64,000 bases of DNA from Nannocystis pusilla. GTDB taxonomy: Bacteria; Myxococcota_A; Polyangia; Nannocystales; Nannocystaceae. Shown one piece after another: positions 42,031-51,647 of the stretch. The notes beneath the pieces were generated by a model, which did not search any database, was not told where the DNA came from, and saw only the letters and a list, made by a program, of their open reading frames with translations. The DNA lies in the NCBI RefSeq assembly GCF_051105105.1, contig NZ_CP185339.1. One strand, 5' to 3'. Positions within the stretch are counted from its first letter, which is position 1. Every line of letters starts with the position of its first letter. Position numbers and translations under genes: made by a program.

Positions 42031-42044
42031 CAGGGATCCGGCGC

Positions 42045-43703
42045 TCAGCGGACCATCAGCCAGCGGGCGGCGCCGGGCTTGTGACAGTCGTGGACCGGGC
42101 CTACTGCGTCGAGGGTGTTCGGGTCGGTGGCGAAGGTGTCGGCGGAGGGGCTGACGACCGCGGCGCCCTTCCACGGGTAGTTGACGAGGCCGCAGCCGTA
42201 CTGGTTCTGGGCCACCTCGTCGATGTGCCAGGCGCCGGCGCAGCCCTCGGAGGTTCCGACGTGCCAGGTGCAGATGGTCTTGTTCTGCACGAAGTTGCCC
42301 TTGAGGCGGGCCTCCTTGTAGAGCACCTGCGACCAATTGAAGCAGCTGTTCGGTCCGCCTTGACCGTTGAACAGGTTGCCGGCAGCGGTCAACAGGTAGT
42401 CGTCGCCGCGGCAGTCGATGCGCATGTCGGTCGAGAGGTCGCGCAGGACGGTCATCTGCGTCTTGGACAGGCGATGGCGGGCGTTGGCGGGGTCGGCGGC
42501 GTTGACGGGGAGGTCGTTGTAGAGCGCCTTGCCGATGGTCTGGGCGCCGAGCGGGCTGCGCTCGAGCACGGTCCAGCCGCCGCCGGCGGTGACCATGTCG
42601 CAGAAGACGGGGTAGCCGGCCTGGCCGCCGACGCCGTCGGGGTCGATGACGTAGACGCCGCTCGGGAGCATCGGCACGGCCGCTTGCAGGTCCTCGCAGG
42701 TCGTCGGGACGGTGCAGGCGCTGGTGCAGCCGTCGCCGTCGATGTCGTTGCCGTCGTCGCATTGCTCGACGCCGACGTGGATGACGCCGTCGCCGCAGGT
42801 GGCGGCCTTGCAATCGGCGAGGCAAGCGTCGCTGTCGTCGGCGTCGGCGTCGTCGCACTCCTCGACGCCGGACTGCACGTGGCCGTCGCCACAAATGGCG
42901 GTTTGGCAGGTGGCGAGGCAGGCGTCGCTGTCGTCGGCGTCGCCGTCGTCGCATTGCTCGACGCCGTCCTGGACGTGGCCGTCGCCGCAGGTGGCGGTCT
43001 GGCAGGTGGAGAGGCAGGCGTCGGCGTCGTCGGCGTTGCCGTCGTCGCATGGCTCGACGCCGGCCTGGACGTGGCCGTCGCCGCAGCTGGCCGCGAGACA
43101 GGTGGAGAGGCAGGCGTCGGTGTCGTCGGCGTTGGCGTCGTCGCAGGCCTCGCCGTTCTGGACCGCTCCGTCGCCGCAGGTGGCGAGGGCGCAGGTGTTG
43201 CTGCAGGCGTCGTCGTCGACGTCGTTGGCGTCGTCGCAGGCCTCGACGCCGGCGTGGACGAGGCCGTCGCCGCACACGGCCTCGGCGCAGGCGAGGGTGC
43301 AGTTGCCGTCGTCGGCGTTGTCGGGGCCGGCGTCGCAGGCCTCGCCGTCGTCGACCTCGCCGTCGCCGCAGAACGGGGCGGGGCCGGTGCTGGTGGAGTC
43401 GGTGGTGTCGACCGACGTGGTGGTGCCGTCGGTGGTGGTGGTCGAGGTCGTGGTGGTGTCGCCGGTGGTGTCGCCGGTGGTGGTGGTCGAATCGGTGGCG
43501 TCGCCGGTGCCGAGCGTGCTGTCGCCGGTCGTCGGCACGCCGGTGGTCGTGGTCGGCTCACTGCTGCTGTCGCCGCTGGTCGTCGCCTGCGTGTCCGTGC
43601 CGGTGGCCGTATCGGTGGTGACCGCGACGCCGCTGTCTCCGCACGCCGCCGCGACGAGCACCGTCGCAAATGCACCCCTGCTCCCCCATACAAACAGTTT
43701 CAT
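42045..43703 (-). CDS. Secreted lipoprotein with a Thr-rich linker, 7 tandem Myxococcales-type cysteine-rich repeats and a C-terminal fibrinogen-related (FReD) domain.
   Basis: Signal MKLFVWGSRGAFATVLVAAAC. Seven repeats of approximately CGDGxVQxGEECDDGNxxDxDxCxxxCxxAx. The FReD signature is AGYPVFCDMVTAGGGWTVLERS. Confidence 0.85.
   Translation of the reverse strand: MKLFVWGSRGAFATVLVAAACGDSGVAVTTDTATGTDTQATTSGDSSSEPTTTTGVPTTGDSTLGTGDATDSTTTTGDTTGDTTTTSTTTTDGTTTSVDTTDSTSTGPAPFCGDGEVDDGEACDAGPDNADDGNCTLACAEAVCGDGLVHAGVEACDDANDVDDDACSNTCALATCGDGAVQNGEACDDANADDTDACLSTCLAASCGDGHVQAGVEPCDDGNADDADACLSTCQTATCGDGHVQDGVEQCDDGDADDSDACLATCQTAICGDGHVQSGVEECDDADADDSDACLADCKAATCGDGVIHVGVEQCDDGNDIDGDGCTSACTVPTTCEDLQAAVPMLPSGVYVIDPDGVGGQAGYPVFCDMVTAGGGWTVLERSPLGAQTIGKALYNDLPVNAADPANARHRLSKTQMTVLRDLSTDMRIDCRGDDYLLTAAGNLFNGQGGPNSCFNWSQVLYKEARLKGNFVQNKTICTWHVGTSEGCAGAWHIDEVAQNQYGCGLVNYPWKGAAVVSPSADTFATDPNTLDAVGPVHDCHKPGAARWLMVR
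42714..43370 (-). repeat. Seven tandem approximately 90-bp coding repeats (Cys-rich 30-aa modules).
   Basis: Periodicity is visible at both the protein and nucleotide level. Confidence 0.8.
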
Positions 43704-44011
43704 GGGGGGATGGTACGCGAAGGGATCGCAGGCCGGGGAGCCGCCTCGCAGCGCAGAGACGGCGGCGCCGACGCCCTGTGCGTCGCGCAGGCTGATGCGC
43801 GCGAGACCACCCGGCCCGCGTGCGCAGAGCGGGCGGCGGACGAGGCGCTCGCGGCCTGCAGCGCAAGCGGACGCACGAGGGCGGAGCGGCCGGAACGCCA
43901 GGTGGCAAGACGCGAGGAGGTGCGCTCACTCGCGTGGCGTGCGAGGGCCGCTCGCGGGGCGAGCCCGTGCGGCTCGGCGTGACGACAGCTGTCGCGGCTG
44001 AAAGTGGGCGC

Positions 44012-44782
44012 TCACCAGGGAGTCTCACCGCTCGCTTCCACGAACCGGCCGGAGACGGCGTCAGCGCCGCGCAGCGCGTGCTCGACTGGCAACCTCGCGC
44101 CCTCCTCGGCAGTCAGGAAACCCTGGTGCCCGGTCAGGTCGGTCTTGACGTATCCCGGGCTCACGGAGGTGACGACGATCGGCGTGTCGCGCAGCTCTTC
44201 GCCGAGCTGGACGGTGAGCATGTTGAGGGCCGCCTTGGAGGCGTTGTAGCCGATCAACCGCGCCGAATAATAGGGCGAGGTCGGATCGCCGTTGAGCGTG
44301 AGCGAACCGAGGGAGCTGGACAGATTGACGATCCGCGCGCCCGGCGAGTTTCGCAGCAGCGGGAGCATCGCCTGCGTCACCGCCAGGGTGCCGACGAAGT
44401 TCGTGTTCATGATCTTGCGAACGGCCGCGATCGATGCGGCGCCGGGCGGACCGTCCTCGGCGTCGACGATGCCGGCGTTGTTGACGAGGATGTCGAGACG
44501 ACCGTGCTCGGCGGCGATCGATGCGGCGGCGGCGGCGATGCTCGCCTCGTCCTCGAGGTCGATCCGGAGCGCCCGTGCTGCCAGTCCCTGGCGCGCCAGA
44601 TCGTCGACGGCTGCGCTCGCGCGGCCGCGGTCGCGCGCGCCGATGAGGACGAAGACGCCGGCTCGTGCGAGCTGCCGGGCGATCTCCAGGCCGATGCCCT
44701 TGTTCGCGCCGGTGACGAGCGCGACGCGCGTCGTCACTCGATCCGCGGAGGTGTCGTCGTTTCCAGGAATCTTATCGTTCAT
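44012..44782 (-). CDS. SDR-family oxidoreductase (carbonyl-reductase-like).
   Basis: Glycine motif TGANKGIG, NNAG, S...YNASK. The start MNDKIPG is at 44782. Confidence 0.85.
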   Translation of the reverse strand: MNDKIPGNDDTSADRVTTRVALVTGANKGIGLEIARQLARAGVFVLIGARDRGRASAAVDDLARQGLAARALRIDLEDEASIAAAAASIAAEHGRLDILVNNAGIVDAEDGPPGAASIAAVRKIMNTNFVGTLAVTQAMLPLLRNSPGARIVNLSSSLGSLTLNGDPTSPYYSARLIGYNASKAALNMLTVQLGEELRDTPIVVTSVSPGYVKTDLTGHQGFLTAEEGARLPVEHALRGADAVSGRFVEASGETPW

Positions 44783-44870
44783 GCGTGGAGTTCTAGGCCG
44801 CAGCGACGTGACGACCAAGGCCGAGCGGCGCACGACTCTGTTGCTTGCCGGTCAACAATTGGGGGAGACT

Positions 44871-45812
44871 GGGGTGGTGGATCCGTTCAGCGAGATCGGC
44901 GTGTTCGTCCGCGTGGTGGAGAAGCGGAGCTTCACGCTCGCGGCCCGCACGATGGGCCTCACCGCGTCCGGCGTCAGCCGTGCGATCGCGCGGCTCGAGG
45001 GGCGCCTCGGCGTTCGCCTGCTGGAGCGGAGCACCCGCAGCGTCGGGCTCACCGCCGACGGGGCCGTCTACTACGAGCGCTGCACTCGCATCCTCCGCGA
45101 GCTCGAGGAGGCCGACAGGGCGGTCGCCAGCACCCGCAGCGCCCCCCGCGGGAGGCTCCGCGTCGACGCCCCCTCGATGTTCGGGAGCTACGTGCTCGGC
45201 CCGGCGATCGGGCGCTTCCTCGCGGCGTACCCCGAGCTGTCCGTCGATCTCAGCCTCCGCGATCATCTCGTCGACCCCATCGCCGAAGGGATCGACGTCG
45301 TGTTGCGAATGGCGAAGCTGCGCGAGAGCGAGCTCATGCAGAAGCACCTCGGCACGATGCCGCTGGTGATCGTCGGCACGCCGGATTACTTCGCGCGCCG
45401 CGGTCGGCCGGCCTCCGTCGAGGACCTCCGCCGGCACGACACTCTGGGCTTCCTCGTCGGGTCGATGCCCCTCCCGTGGAAGCTCCGGCACGAGGACGGC
45501 GAGCTCGCGCTCATGCCGACGGGACGGTTCTACTCGAACGGCATCGCGGCGATCCTCGAAGCGGCGCGCGCGAGCCAGGGCATCGTGCAAGTCTTCGAGC
45601 ACGTGGTGCGCGAGGACCTCGCGCGCGGCACGTTCGAGGTGGTCCTGCGACCCGAGCTCCAGCAAGAGGTGCCGGTCGCCGCCCTCTTCGCGAAGGAGAA
45701 GGCGCAGCTCCCGAAGGTGCGCGTGTTCCTCGAATTCATGGCCGAGCTGATGCGCGCGACCGCCAAGCGCGCCGTCCCGGCGAAGCGGCGCGAAGGGGTG
45801 CGGCGGTCGTAG
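44871..45812 (+). CDS. LysR-family transcriptional regulator, divergent from the SDR gene.
   Basis: HTH segment FVRVVEKRSFTLAARTMGLTASGVSRAIARLEGRLGVRLLERSTRS. A GTG start at 44871 was chosen. The track ORF starts far upstream, antisense to the SDR gene. Confidence 0.8.
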   Translation, partial: GVVDPFSEIGVFVRVVEKRSFTLAARTMGLTASGVSRAIARLEGRLGVRLLERSTRSVGLTADGAVYYERCTRILRELEEADRAVASTRSAPRGRLRVDAPSMFGSYVLGPAIGRFLAAYPELSVDLSLRDHLVDPIAEGIDVVLRMAKLRESELMQKHLGTMPLVIVGTPDYFARRGRPASVEDLRRHDTLGFLVGSMPLPWKLRHEDGELALMPTGRFYSNGIAAILEAARASQGIVQVFEHVVREDLARGTFEVVLRPELQQEVPVAALFAKEKAQLPKVRVFLEFMAELMRATAKRAVPAKRREGVRRS

Positions 45813-45823
45813 CGGGCTCGCGA

Positions 45824-45859
45824 CCGCCGGGCTTCAGGTCAGCCGAGGACGATGAAGCA
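45824..45859. repeat. 36-bp direct repeat, copy A: CCGCCGGGCTTCAGGTCAGCCGAGGACGATGAAGCA.
   Basis: Differs by one mismatch from the copy at 47809-47844. On the minus strand it reads CFIVLG-stop, a relic of the 3' end of the fibro-slime gene. Confidence 0.7.
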
Positions 45860-46039
45860 CCCGCTCCACGCGGCGGCGTGAGGCCAGCGGCGCTTCATGC
45901 TCCGCGATCCGTCGGGGATCGCCGTCGACGTGGTCGAGCAGATCGAGCCGCAGCCGGGGTTCTGGGGCGAGTACATGGCTTGAGATTCACCTGTCCCGAG
46001 GGACAGAGGCGGCGCGTGGGGCGCGCCGCCGTCTTCGCG

Positions 46040-47389
46040 TCAGTACTGTGTGCAGTATGGGGTGTTGCCGGCGGGGTCGCAGTAGTAGCTGTAGTGCTTG
46101 AGGAAGGCGTTGTCGGTGTCGATGTCGACGTTGATCATCAGGACGTGGAGGGAGCCCTCGGAGATCCCCGGCACCAGCGACGACGGGTAGATCTCGAGGA
46201 AGTCGATGCCCTCGGCCTCGTCGCCCAGGCTCGAGTCGGGGTCGGTGAGCTGGAAGTCGAAGGGGCCGAAGCCGCTGCCCGCGCGAGCCAGGAGCGTGCC
46301 GGTCTCGATGTCGAACGCGCGCAGGCCCGCGCCCGACCCGCCGGGCTGGGAGTTGGCGAGGAACAGCACGCCGTTGCTCAGCAGCTCGCCGCCTTGCGTG
46401 GTGTAGAGGGTGATCGGGTAGGTGTCGTGATCCTCGAGCACGATGTTCTGCTCGTAGACGAGGAAGTTGTCGATGCCGAGCTGCAAACCGCCCCAGTCGA
46501 TGCGGTGGCCGTGGACGCCCAGGCTGCCGTTGAGGGTGCCGCCGTGCTCGTAGAGGTGCGAGCCGTCGCGCGGGTCGACGGTCACCCAGGCGGAGTTGTA
46601 GATCCCCGGCGTGACGTACACCGTGGCGGACGCGACCGGCGTCATGTCCGGGGTGCTCAGCGCGACGATGAGGGGCGGCAGCCCGGCCGCGATGCCCTCG
46701 ACGGGGACGAACAAAAAGCCGTTGTGGTGGTCGGGGTCGCCGAAATGATTGTAGCCGGCGGGGAGGCCGAGCGCGTCGCGGACCTCGGCGATCGAGCGGG
46801 TCTGCTGAATGCAGGACGAGCTCGCCAGGTCGCAGGTGAGGGCGATCCGGGACAGCTTGCTCGCCTGCGCGACGTACCAGTGGACGCCGTCGTTGGCGAG
46901 GCCCTGGCCCTGGTTCGACCACTCGGTCTCGGCGTCGTAGGGGTAGTTGCCCTCGTAGAAGTACGGCAGCCGCGGCGCGGAGGCGACGATCTGGATCGAG
47001 GAGGTCTTGTCGTTGACCTCGTGGAGCGCGGCGTAGCCCTGCCCGCCCTCGTAGGTGGCCTCGCGCCCGCCGAAGCTGTGGTGCTCGAAGAGCACCGCGC
47101 GTACGCCCGGGCCGACCTTGAGCGAGGAGATGCTGTCGTTGCCCATGCGGAAGCTGGCGCTGTCGGCGTAGTCGCCGACGCCGAGCGTGCAGCACTGGCC
47201 GCCGAAGTTGGAGTTCTGCCAGACGGTGACCTGACCGCTGCCCGGGGTGGTGGTGCACGGGCACGCCGCGTCGGCGCGGCCCTCGACGGCGAGCAGGGTG
47301 GCGAAGAGCGCGAGCGGGAGCGGGACGACCCGCGAGCGGCGAATGGTGCGATAAGTGGGCCCGAGGGTGATACGATGAAGGAAAGACAT
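46040..47389 (-). CDS. Secreted protein with an N-terminal beta/gamma-crystallin-like domain.
   Basis: Signal MSFLHRITLGPTYRTIRRSRVVPLPLALFATLLAVEGRADA. Greek-key-like segment VTVWQNSNFGGQCC...SISSLKVGPG...VLFEHHSFGG. Confidence 0.7.
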   Translation of the reverse strand: MSFLHRITLGPTYRTIRRSRVVPLPLALFATLLAVEGRADAACPCTTTPGSGQVTVWQNSNFGGQCCTLGVGDYADSASFRMGNDSISSLKVGPGVRAVLFEHHSFGGREATYEGGQGYAALHEVNDKTSSIQIVASAPRLPYFYEGNYPYDAETEWSNQGQGLANDGVHWYVAQASKLSRIALTCDLASSSCIQQTRSIAEVRDALGLPAGYNHFGDPDHHNGFLFVPVEGIAAGLPPLIVALSTPDMTPVASATVYVTPGIYNSAWVTVDPRDGSHLYEHGGTLNGSLGVHGHRIDWGGLQLGIDNFLVYEQNIVLEDHDTYPITLYTTQGGELLSNGVLFLANSQPGGSGAGLRAFDIETGTLLARAGSGFGPFDFQLTDPDSSLGDEAEGIDFLEIYPSSLVPGISEGSLHVLMINVDIDTDNAFLKHYSYYCDPAGNTPYCTQY

Positions 47390-47808
47390 ACGAGGCTCCT
47401 GCGGCCGGGCGACAGGGCGCCGGGCCACGCGTGATCACAGGCGATAGAGGTGCGCGCGGGTGAGGAAAGGGTCGCTGCGCTCGCGCCTGGATGGTTCGCG
47501 GCGGGTAGAGTCGGGACGCCGGCGATCGATCACGAGAAATTGTGCGGGCGGCGAACGACCGCGCCGGAGCCCGGGCAGGTGCGCTGGTGTGGGGTCATGG
47601 CGCGAGCTCGCGGAGCGTGCCCGCGACCTCGGGCGCATCGCAGGCGGCGACGCCGGGGCGGCGGTGACGGCGAGAGCGAGGCGTTGCATGGGCGCGAGCC
47701 TGGACAGCCCGCCCGTGGCCCGTTTGTCCGTGGCGGTCAGCTTGTTGTTCGTCGCGGCCAGGCGTAGAGCTCGACAGAGCGTAGGCCCGATGTCCGGAAC
47801 AAGCCCGT

Positions 47809-47844
47809 CCGCCGGGCTTCAGGTCAGCCGGGGACGATGAAGCA
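47809..47844. repeat. 36-bp direct repeat, copy B: CCGCCGGGCTTCAGGTCAGCCGGGGACGATGAAGCA.
   Basis: Spans the last 6 codons plus the stop of the fibro-slime gene and 15 nt 3' of it. Confidence 0.7.
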
Positions 47845-48786
47845 ATTGATGCTGGTGTCGATGCGGAAGTTCGACTGGGTGGTGTGCCGCTCGGCGTGGA
47901 AGATGTCCATCGAATAGGTGCCGTTCAGCTGGATGCCGAAGAAGCCGGCGTTGCTGTCGAGGTCGATGGACTCGCTGAGGGCGCCGTGGACGCCGCCGAG
48001 GTCGATGGCGAGCTTGCCGTTGATGAACAGCCACAGATCGTCGTCGCCGGTGAAGGTGAACACCTCGCCGCCCGAATAGGTGAACTCGGTGTGGATCTCG
48101 GTGGTGAAGTGGAAGTTGTGGTTGTTGCCCTGGTTGCCCCAGCCCTGATCGTCGATCGGGAAGAAGTCGCTGTTCTGGTAGGTGTATTGCCCGGGCGACA
48201 CCTCGGTCAGCATGATCTCGATCTCGAACGATTGATTGACGTCGCCGACGTCGTTGTACCACTGGGCGAACTCCGCCGGGCCGGTGGTGACCGAGGTGCC
48301 GCCGGCGTGGGCGTAGACCGGCTTCTTGTCGGGCCCGAGGTCGGTCTGGACGATGCCGTCGACGGTGCCGCCGTAGCTCTCGAAGTCGGGGTGGCTCTCC
48401 TTGAAGTCGCGCACGGTGGCCTTGAGCACGGAGACGCACTCCGGCGGCCGCTCGCCGGTGGTGGTGGTGGTGCTGGTCTCGGTGGTGGTGGTCGTGGTGG
48501 TGGTGCCGGGCTCGGTGGTGGTGGTCGTCGTCGAGGGATCGACGGGGCCGGTGGTGGGCTCGACGGTGGTGGGCTCGGCGGTGGTGGCCGCGGTGCCCGG
48601 GTCGGTGGTGCCGGGGTCGGTGGTGCCGGGCTCGGTGGTGCCCGGCTCGGTGGTGCCGGCGCTCAGGCTGGTGATGGTGGTCGCGTCGGTGGCGCTGCTG
48701 CCTTGAACGGCCCCGGAGTCGCCGCAGGCGGAGGCGGCGAGGACGAGGGCGGAGAGGGTGAAGCTGTATTTGAAGACATGTCGCAT
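47824..48786 (-). CDS. Fibro-slime (PA14-like) domain lipoprotein with a Thr/Pro-rich linker.
   Basis: Lipobox LVLAASACGD. Fibro-slime segment GGEVFTFTGDDDLWLFINGKLAIDLGGVHG. Confidence 0.8.
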   Translation of the reverse strand: MRHVFKYSFTLSALVLAASACGDSGAVQGSSATDATTITSLSAGTTEPGTTEPGTTDPGTTDPGTAATTAEPTTVEPTTGPVDPSTTTTTTEPGTTTTTTTTETSTTTTTGERPPECVSVLKATVRDFKESHPDFESYGGTVDGIVQTDLGPDKKPVYAHAGGTSVTTGPAEFAQWYNDVGDVNQSFEIEIMLTEVSPGQYTYQNSDFFPIDDQGWGNQGNNHNFHFTTEIHTEFTYSGGEVFTFTGDDDLWLFINGKLAIDLGGVHGALSESIDLDSNAGFFGIQLNGTYSMDIFHAERHTTQSNFRIDTSINCFIVPG

Positions 48787-49030
48787 GAGACTCCCGCGCG
48801 GGCTGGGCCGGTCTACGATCTCATACCACGCGACGCTCCGCGGGGCGCCCGGGGATGCCCGGGCCGGGCTCGCCCCGGCCCGGCCGAGAGCCACGCGGCG
48901 CGCTGGTGTCGGGCGCCGTCGCCGGGCCGACCGACGAGCCGGGGACCCGGGCGTGACTGCGCCCGGTGCTGCGCTCGCCGACCCGAGAAAGGGCCCTGGG
49001 CGCGGCCGTGGGAGGGTTCGGCGCGCGCGG

Positions 49031-49046
49031 ATGTCCTTCGAGACAT
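49031..49046. repeat. Inverted repeat ATGTC-cttcga-GACAT in the divergent fibro-slime/MBL promoter region.
   Basis: Read directly from the sequence. Confidence 0.5.
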
Positions 49047-49096
49047 GCGCGCCGCCGGTGGACACGGCGCGGCGGGGGCACTAGCCTTCGCAGCCG

Positions 49097-50098
49097 ATGT
49101 TCGCTCGCGCGCTTCAGCTCGTCACCCTCGCGTCGCTCGTCACCTCGGGGCTCGCCTGCGTGAGCCACTCGTCGACGCCGATGACGGGCCGGGTGGAGGT
49201 GCCGCTGTCCGAGCGGCGGATCGGGCAGTACATCTCGTCGGGCTGGTCGTTCGACACGTCGAGCTTCTGGATCGAAGGGCCGGACGGGGTGGTGGTGATC
49301 GATGTGCAGTTCCTGCCGTCGGTCGCGGCCGAGGTCATCGCGGCGGCCGAGCGCGTGACCCGCAAGAAGGTGGTGGCGGCGATCGTGCTGCACGCGAACC
49401 CCGACAAGTTCAACGGCACCGCGACGTTCCAGGCCCGCGGGATCGAGGTGTGGACCGCCGAGCAGGTGCTGGCGCGGATCCCCGAGGTGTTTGCGAGGCG
49501 CACGGAGGCGTTCGCCGAGCGCTACGCGCCCGACTGGCCGACGGCGGTGCCGCAGCCGCGCAGCTTCGGGGCGGCGACGACGACGCTCAAGCTGGCCGGC
49601 CTCGAGCTGAAGGCGCACGTGCTCGGTCCGGGCTGCAGCCCGGCCCACGTGGTGATTCAATGGGAGGACCACGTGTTCGTCGGCGACCTGGTGGCCAACA
49701 AGGCCCACGCGTGGCTCGAGATCGGCGAGCCCGAGGCGTGGCTGCAGCGGCTGGCGGAGATCGAGGCGATGCAGCCCAAGCACGTGCATCCGGGCCGCGG
49801 CCGCTCGGGCGGGCCGGAGCTGGTGGAGAACCAGCGCGAGTACCTGCAGACGGTGCTGTCGCTGGTGGCGGCCGAGAAGCCGACGCTGCCGCCGGACCCC
49901 GCGGCGGTGCTGCGGGTCCGCGCGGCGCTCGAGCGCCGCTACGAGGGCTATCGCTTCCCAGTGTTCCTCGAGATCGGGCTGCCGGCGGTGTGGCGCCGGC
50001 TGGCGGCCGGGAACGCGACGGAGAGCGCGCCGGAAGGGCCGGCGGAGGGCGCGGGCGAGGTTCCACCGGCGGGGCCCCACCCGCCGTCGCAGCCGTAG
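49097..50098 (+). CDS. MBL-fold metallo-hydrolase, secreted lipoprotein.
   Basis: Signal MFARALQLVTLASLVTSGLAC. MBL His/Asp pattern HANPDKF...HVHPGRG. 333 aa. Confidence 0.7.
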   Translation: MFARALQLVTLASLVTSGLACVSHSSTPMTGRVEVPLSERRIGQYISSGWSFDTSSFWIEGPDGVVVIDVQFLPSVAAEVIAAAERVTRKKVVAAIVLHANPDKFNGTATFQARGIEVWTAEQVLARIPEVFARRTEAFAERYAPDWPTAVPQPRSFGAATTTLKLAGLELKAHVLGPGCSPAHVVIQWEDHVFVGDLVANKAHAWLEIGEPEAWLQRLAEIEAMQPKHVHPGRGRSGGPELVENQREYLQTVLSLVAAEKPTLPPDPAAVLRVRAALERRYEGYRFPVFLEIGLPAVWRRLAAGNATESAPEGPAEGAGEVPPAGPHPPSQP

Positions 50099-50119
50099 CG
50101 GAGGGCGAGCGCGGGCCGA

Positions 50120-51380
50120 TCAACCGGCGGGGTCGAAGCCGACGTCGCAGCCGTAACGGACGTTCGAGCTTGGCGGCCGGGTCGGCCTGCACCTGGGCGC
50201 AGGCGTCGGGGCAGAGGATGACCGTGGCGTTCTCGATGTAGAAGGCGTCGGCCTCGCAGGCGGCGAGGTCGACGACCTGATGAAACGCCTTGACCGGCGG
50301 GACGCCGCCGACCTGGTAGTCGATCTCGATGGTGTTCGGATCGATGGTGCCCATCGGCGGCTCGGGGATCGGGAAGGAGCAGGCGATCGGGGTGGTCATG
50401 ACGACGTCCTTGGCGATCTCCTGGAAGAGGACGTTGAAGGCGTCGGTCTGCGACAGCGGGAACCGCCGACCACCGCTGATGACGCTGACCCGCTGGATCG
50501 AGTCGCCCTCGCCCTGCAGCGGGTCGCCCGGCAACCACGGGGCGTCGGGCGGGTTGTTGGCGCCCATGGTGATGATGGTGTGGAAGACGTAGTCGCGCGC
50601 GCCGGGGGTGCCGAAGTGCGGCGGGTCGAGGGCGAGCAGGGCGGCGTCGAAGGCGTCGCCGTCGGCGTCGCTGCTCGAGGCGCTGGTGCCGTCGGTCATG
50701 GCGAGGATGACCTTGCGCGTGCCGTCGCGCAGGAGGTCGCGGTAGCCGTTCGGGGCGAGGCCGTGCGGATCGGGGGCGGTGTACCAGGCGAGGATGTTGG
50801 CGAGGAAGGCGCCCGAACCGGTGATGCCGTCGTAATGCTTGTAGCGCTCGGTGACCGCCGGGACGGCCGGCGGCGGGTTGCAGTCGGTGCCGGAGAGCGG
50901 GGCGCTGATACAGATGTCGAGCTGCTCGCCGGGCGGGTAGTCGCCCATGACGATGACGCGGTAGTCGACGTTGCTGGCGCCGAGGATGGCGGCAAAATCG
51001 TTGTTGATGCTGGCCTCGACGGCGGCGATCGCCGCCTGCATGGAGTTGGAGGTGTCGACGACGACGACGATGTCGACGCCGATCGACTGGACCTGCGGCT
51101 CCAACATCTGGGCGGCACACTCGCCGGTGGTGGCCATGTCGCCCTGGTCAGGCTGGGCGCCGAGGTCGAGCTTGGGCAGGCCCGAGGTGGAGGTGGTGGA
51201 GGTGGTCGGCTCGCCGGTGGTGGTGCCGTCGGTGGTGGTGCCGTCGGTGGGGCCGAGGGTCGAGGTCGGGCCGGGGCCGCTGGTGGTCAGGGTGGCGTTC
51301 GCGGTGTCCTGGGGCCGCCCGCTGTCGCCGCAGGCTGCCAGCAAGGGGGCGCACAGGAGGAGCGCTTCGAGGCGAGACAT
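50120..51380 (-). CDS. VWA-domain lipoprotein with a Thr-rich linker and a Cys-rich C-terminus, carrying an apparent 1-nt frameshift near its C-terminus.
   Basis: Signal MSRLEALLLCAPLLAAC. MIDAS motif VVVVDTSNSM. Frame 1 ends ...ADPAAKLE and then runs on as Arg-rich junk. The adjacent frame reads ...VRYGCDVGFDPAG-stop at 50120. An extra A at approximately 50165 is suspected. Confidence 0.65.
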
Positions 51381-51647
51381 CGCGCGATGGTACTGCATGA
51401 CAGGGACGGCGTCGGTGCGCGCGAGGCTGCGCGCCACGGCCGGCGATCGCGGAGGGTCGCGCTCCCGATGAGATGGCCGATGGGACAGGTGAGGGAGCGG
51501 CGATCGGGAGCGACGAGGGCGAGGACCGAGCGCGGTCCGATCGCGGCGCGGCGATCCGCAGGGACCGGGGTGAAGGCGCGAAACTGCCTGCGCGCGGCGG
51601 CCCGGATCGCTGCCGCGGGGTGGAGTATCTTGAGGTGAAGTCCCGCC

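Noticed and set aside
45827-45883. 18-aa minus-strand micro-ORF MKRRWPHAAAWSGCFIVLG with a GGAG upstream.
   Set aside because: Its last residues are simply the duplicated 3' end of the fibro-slime gene within the 36-bp repeat. Regarded as a relic, not a gene.
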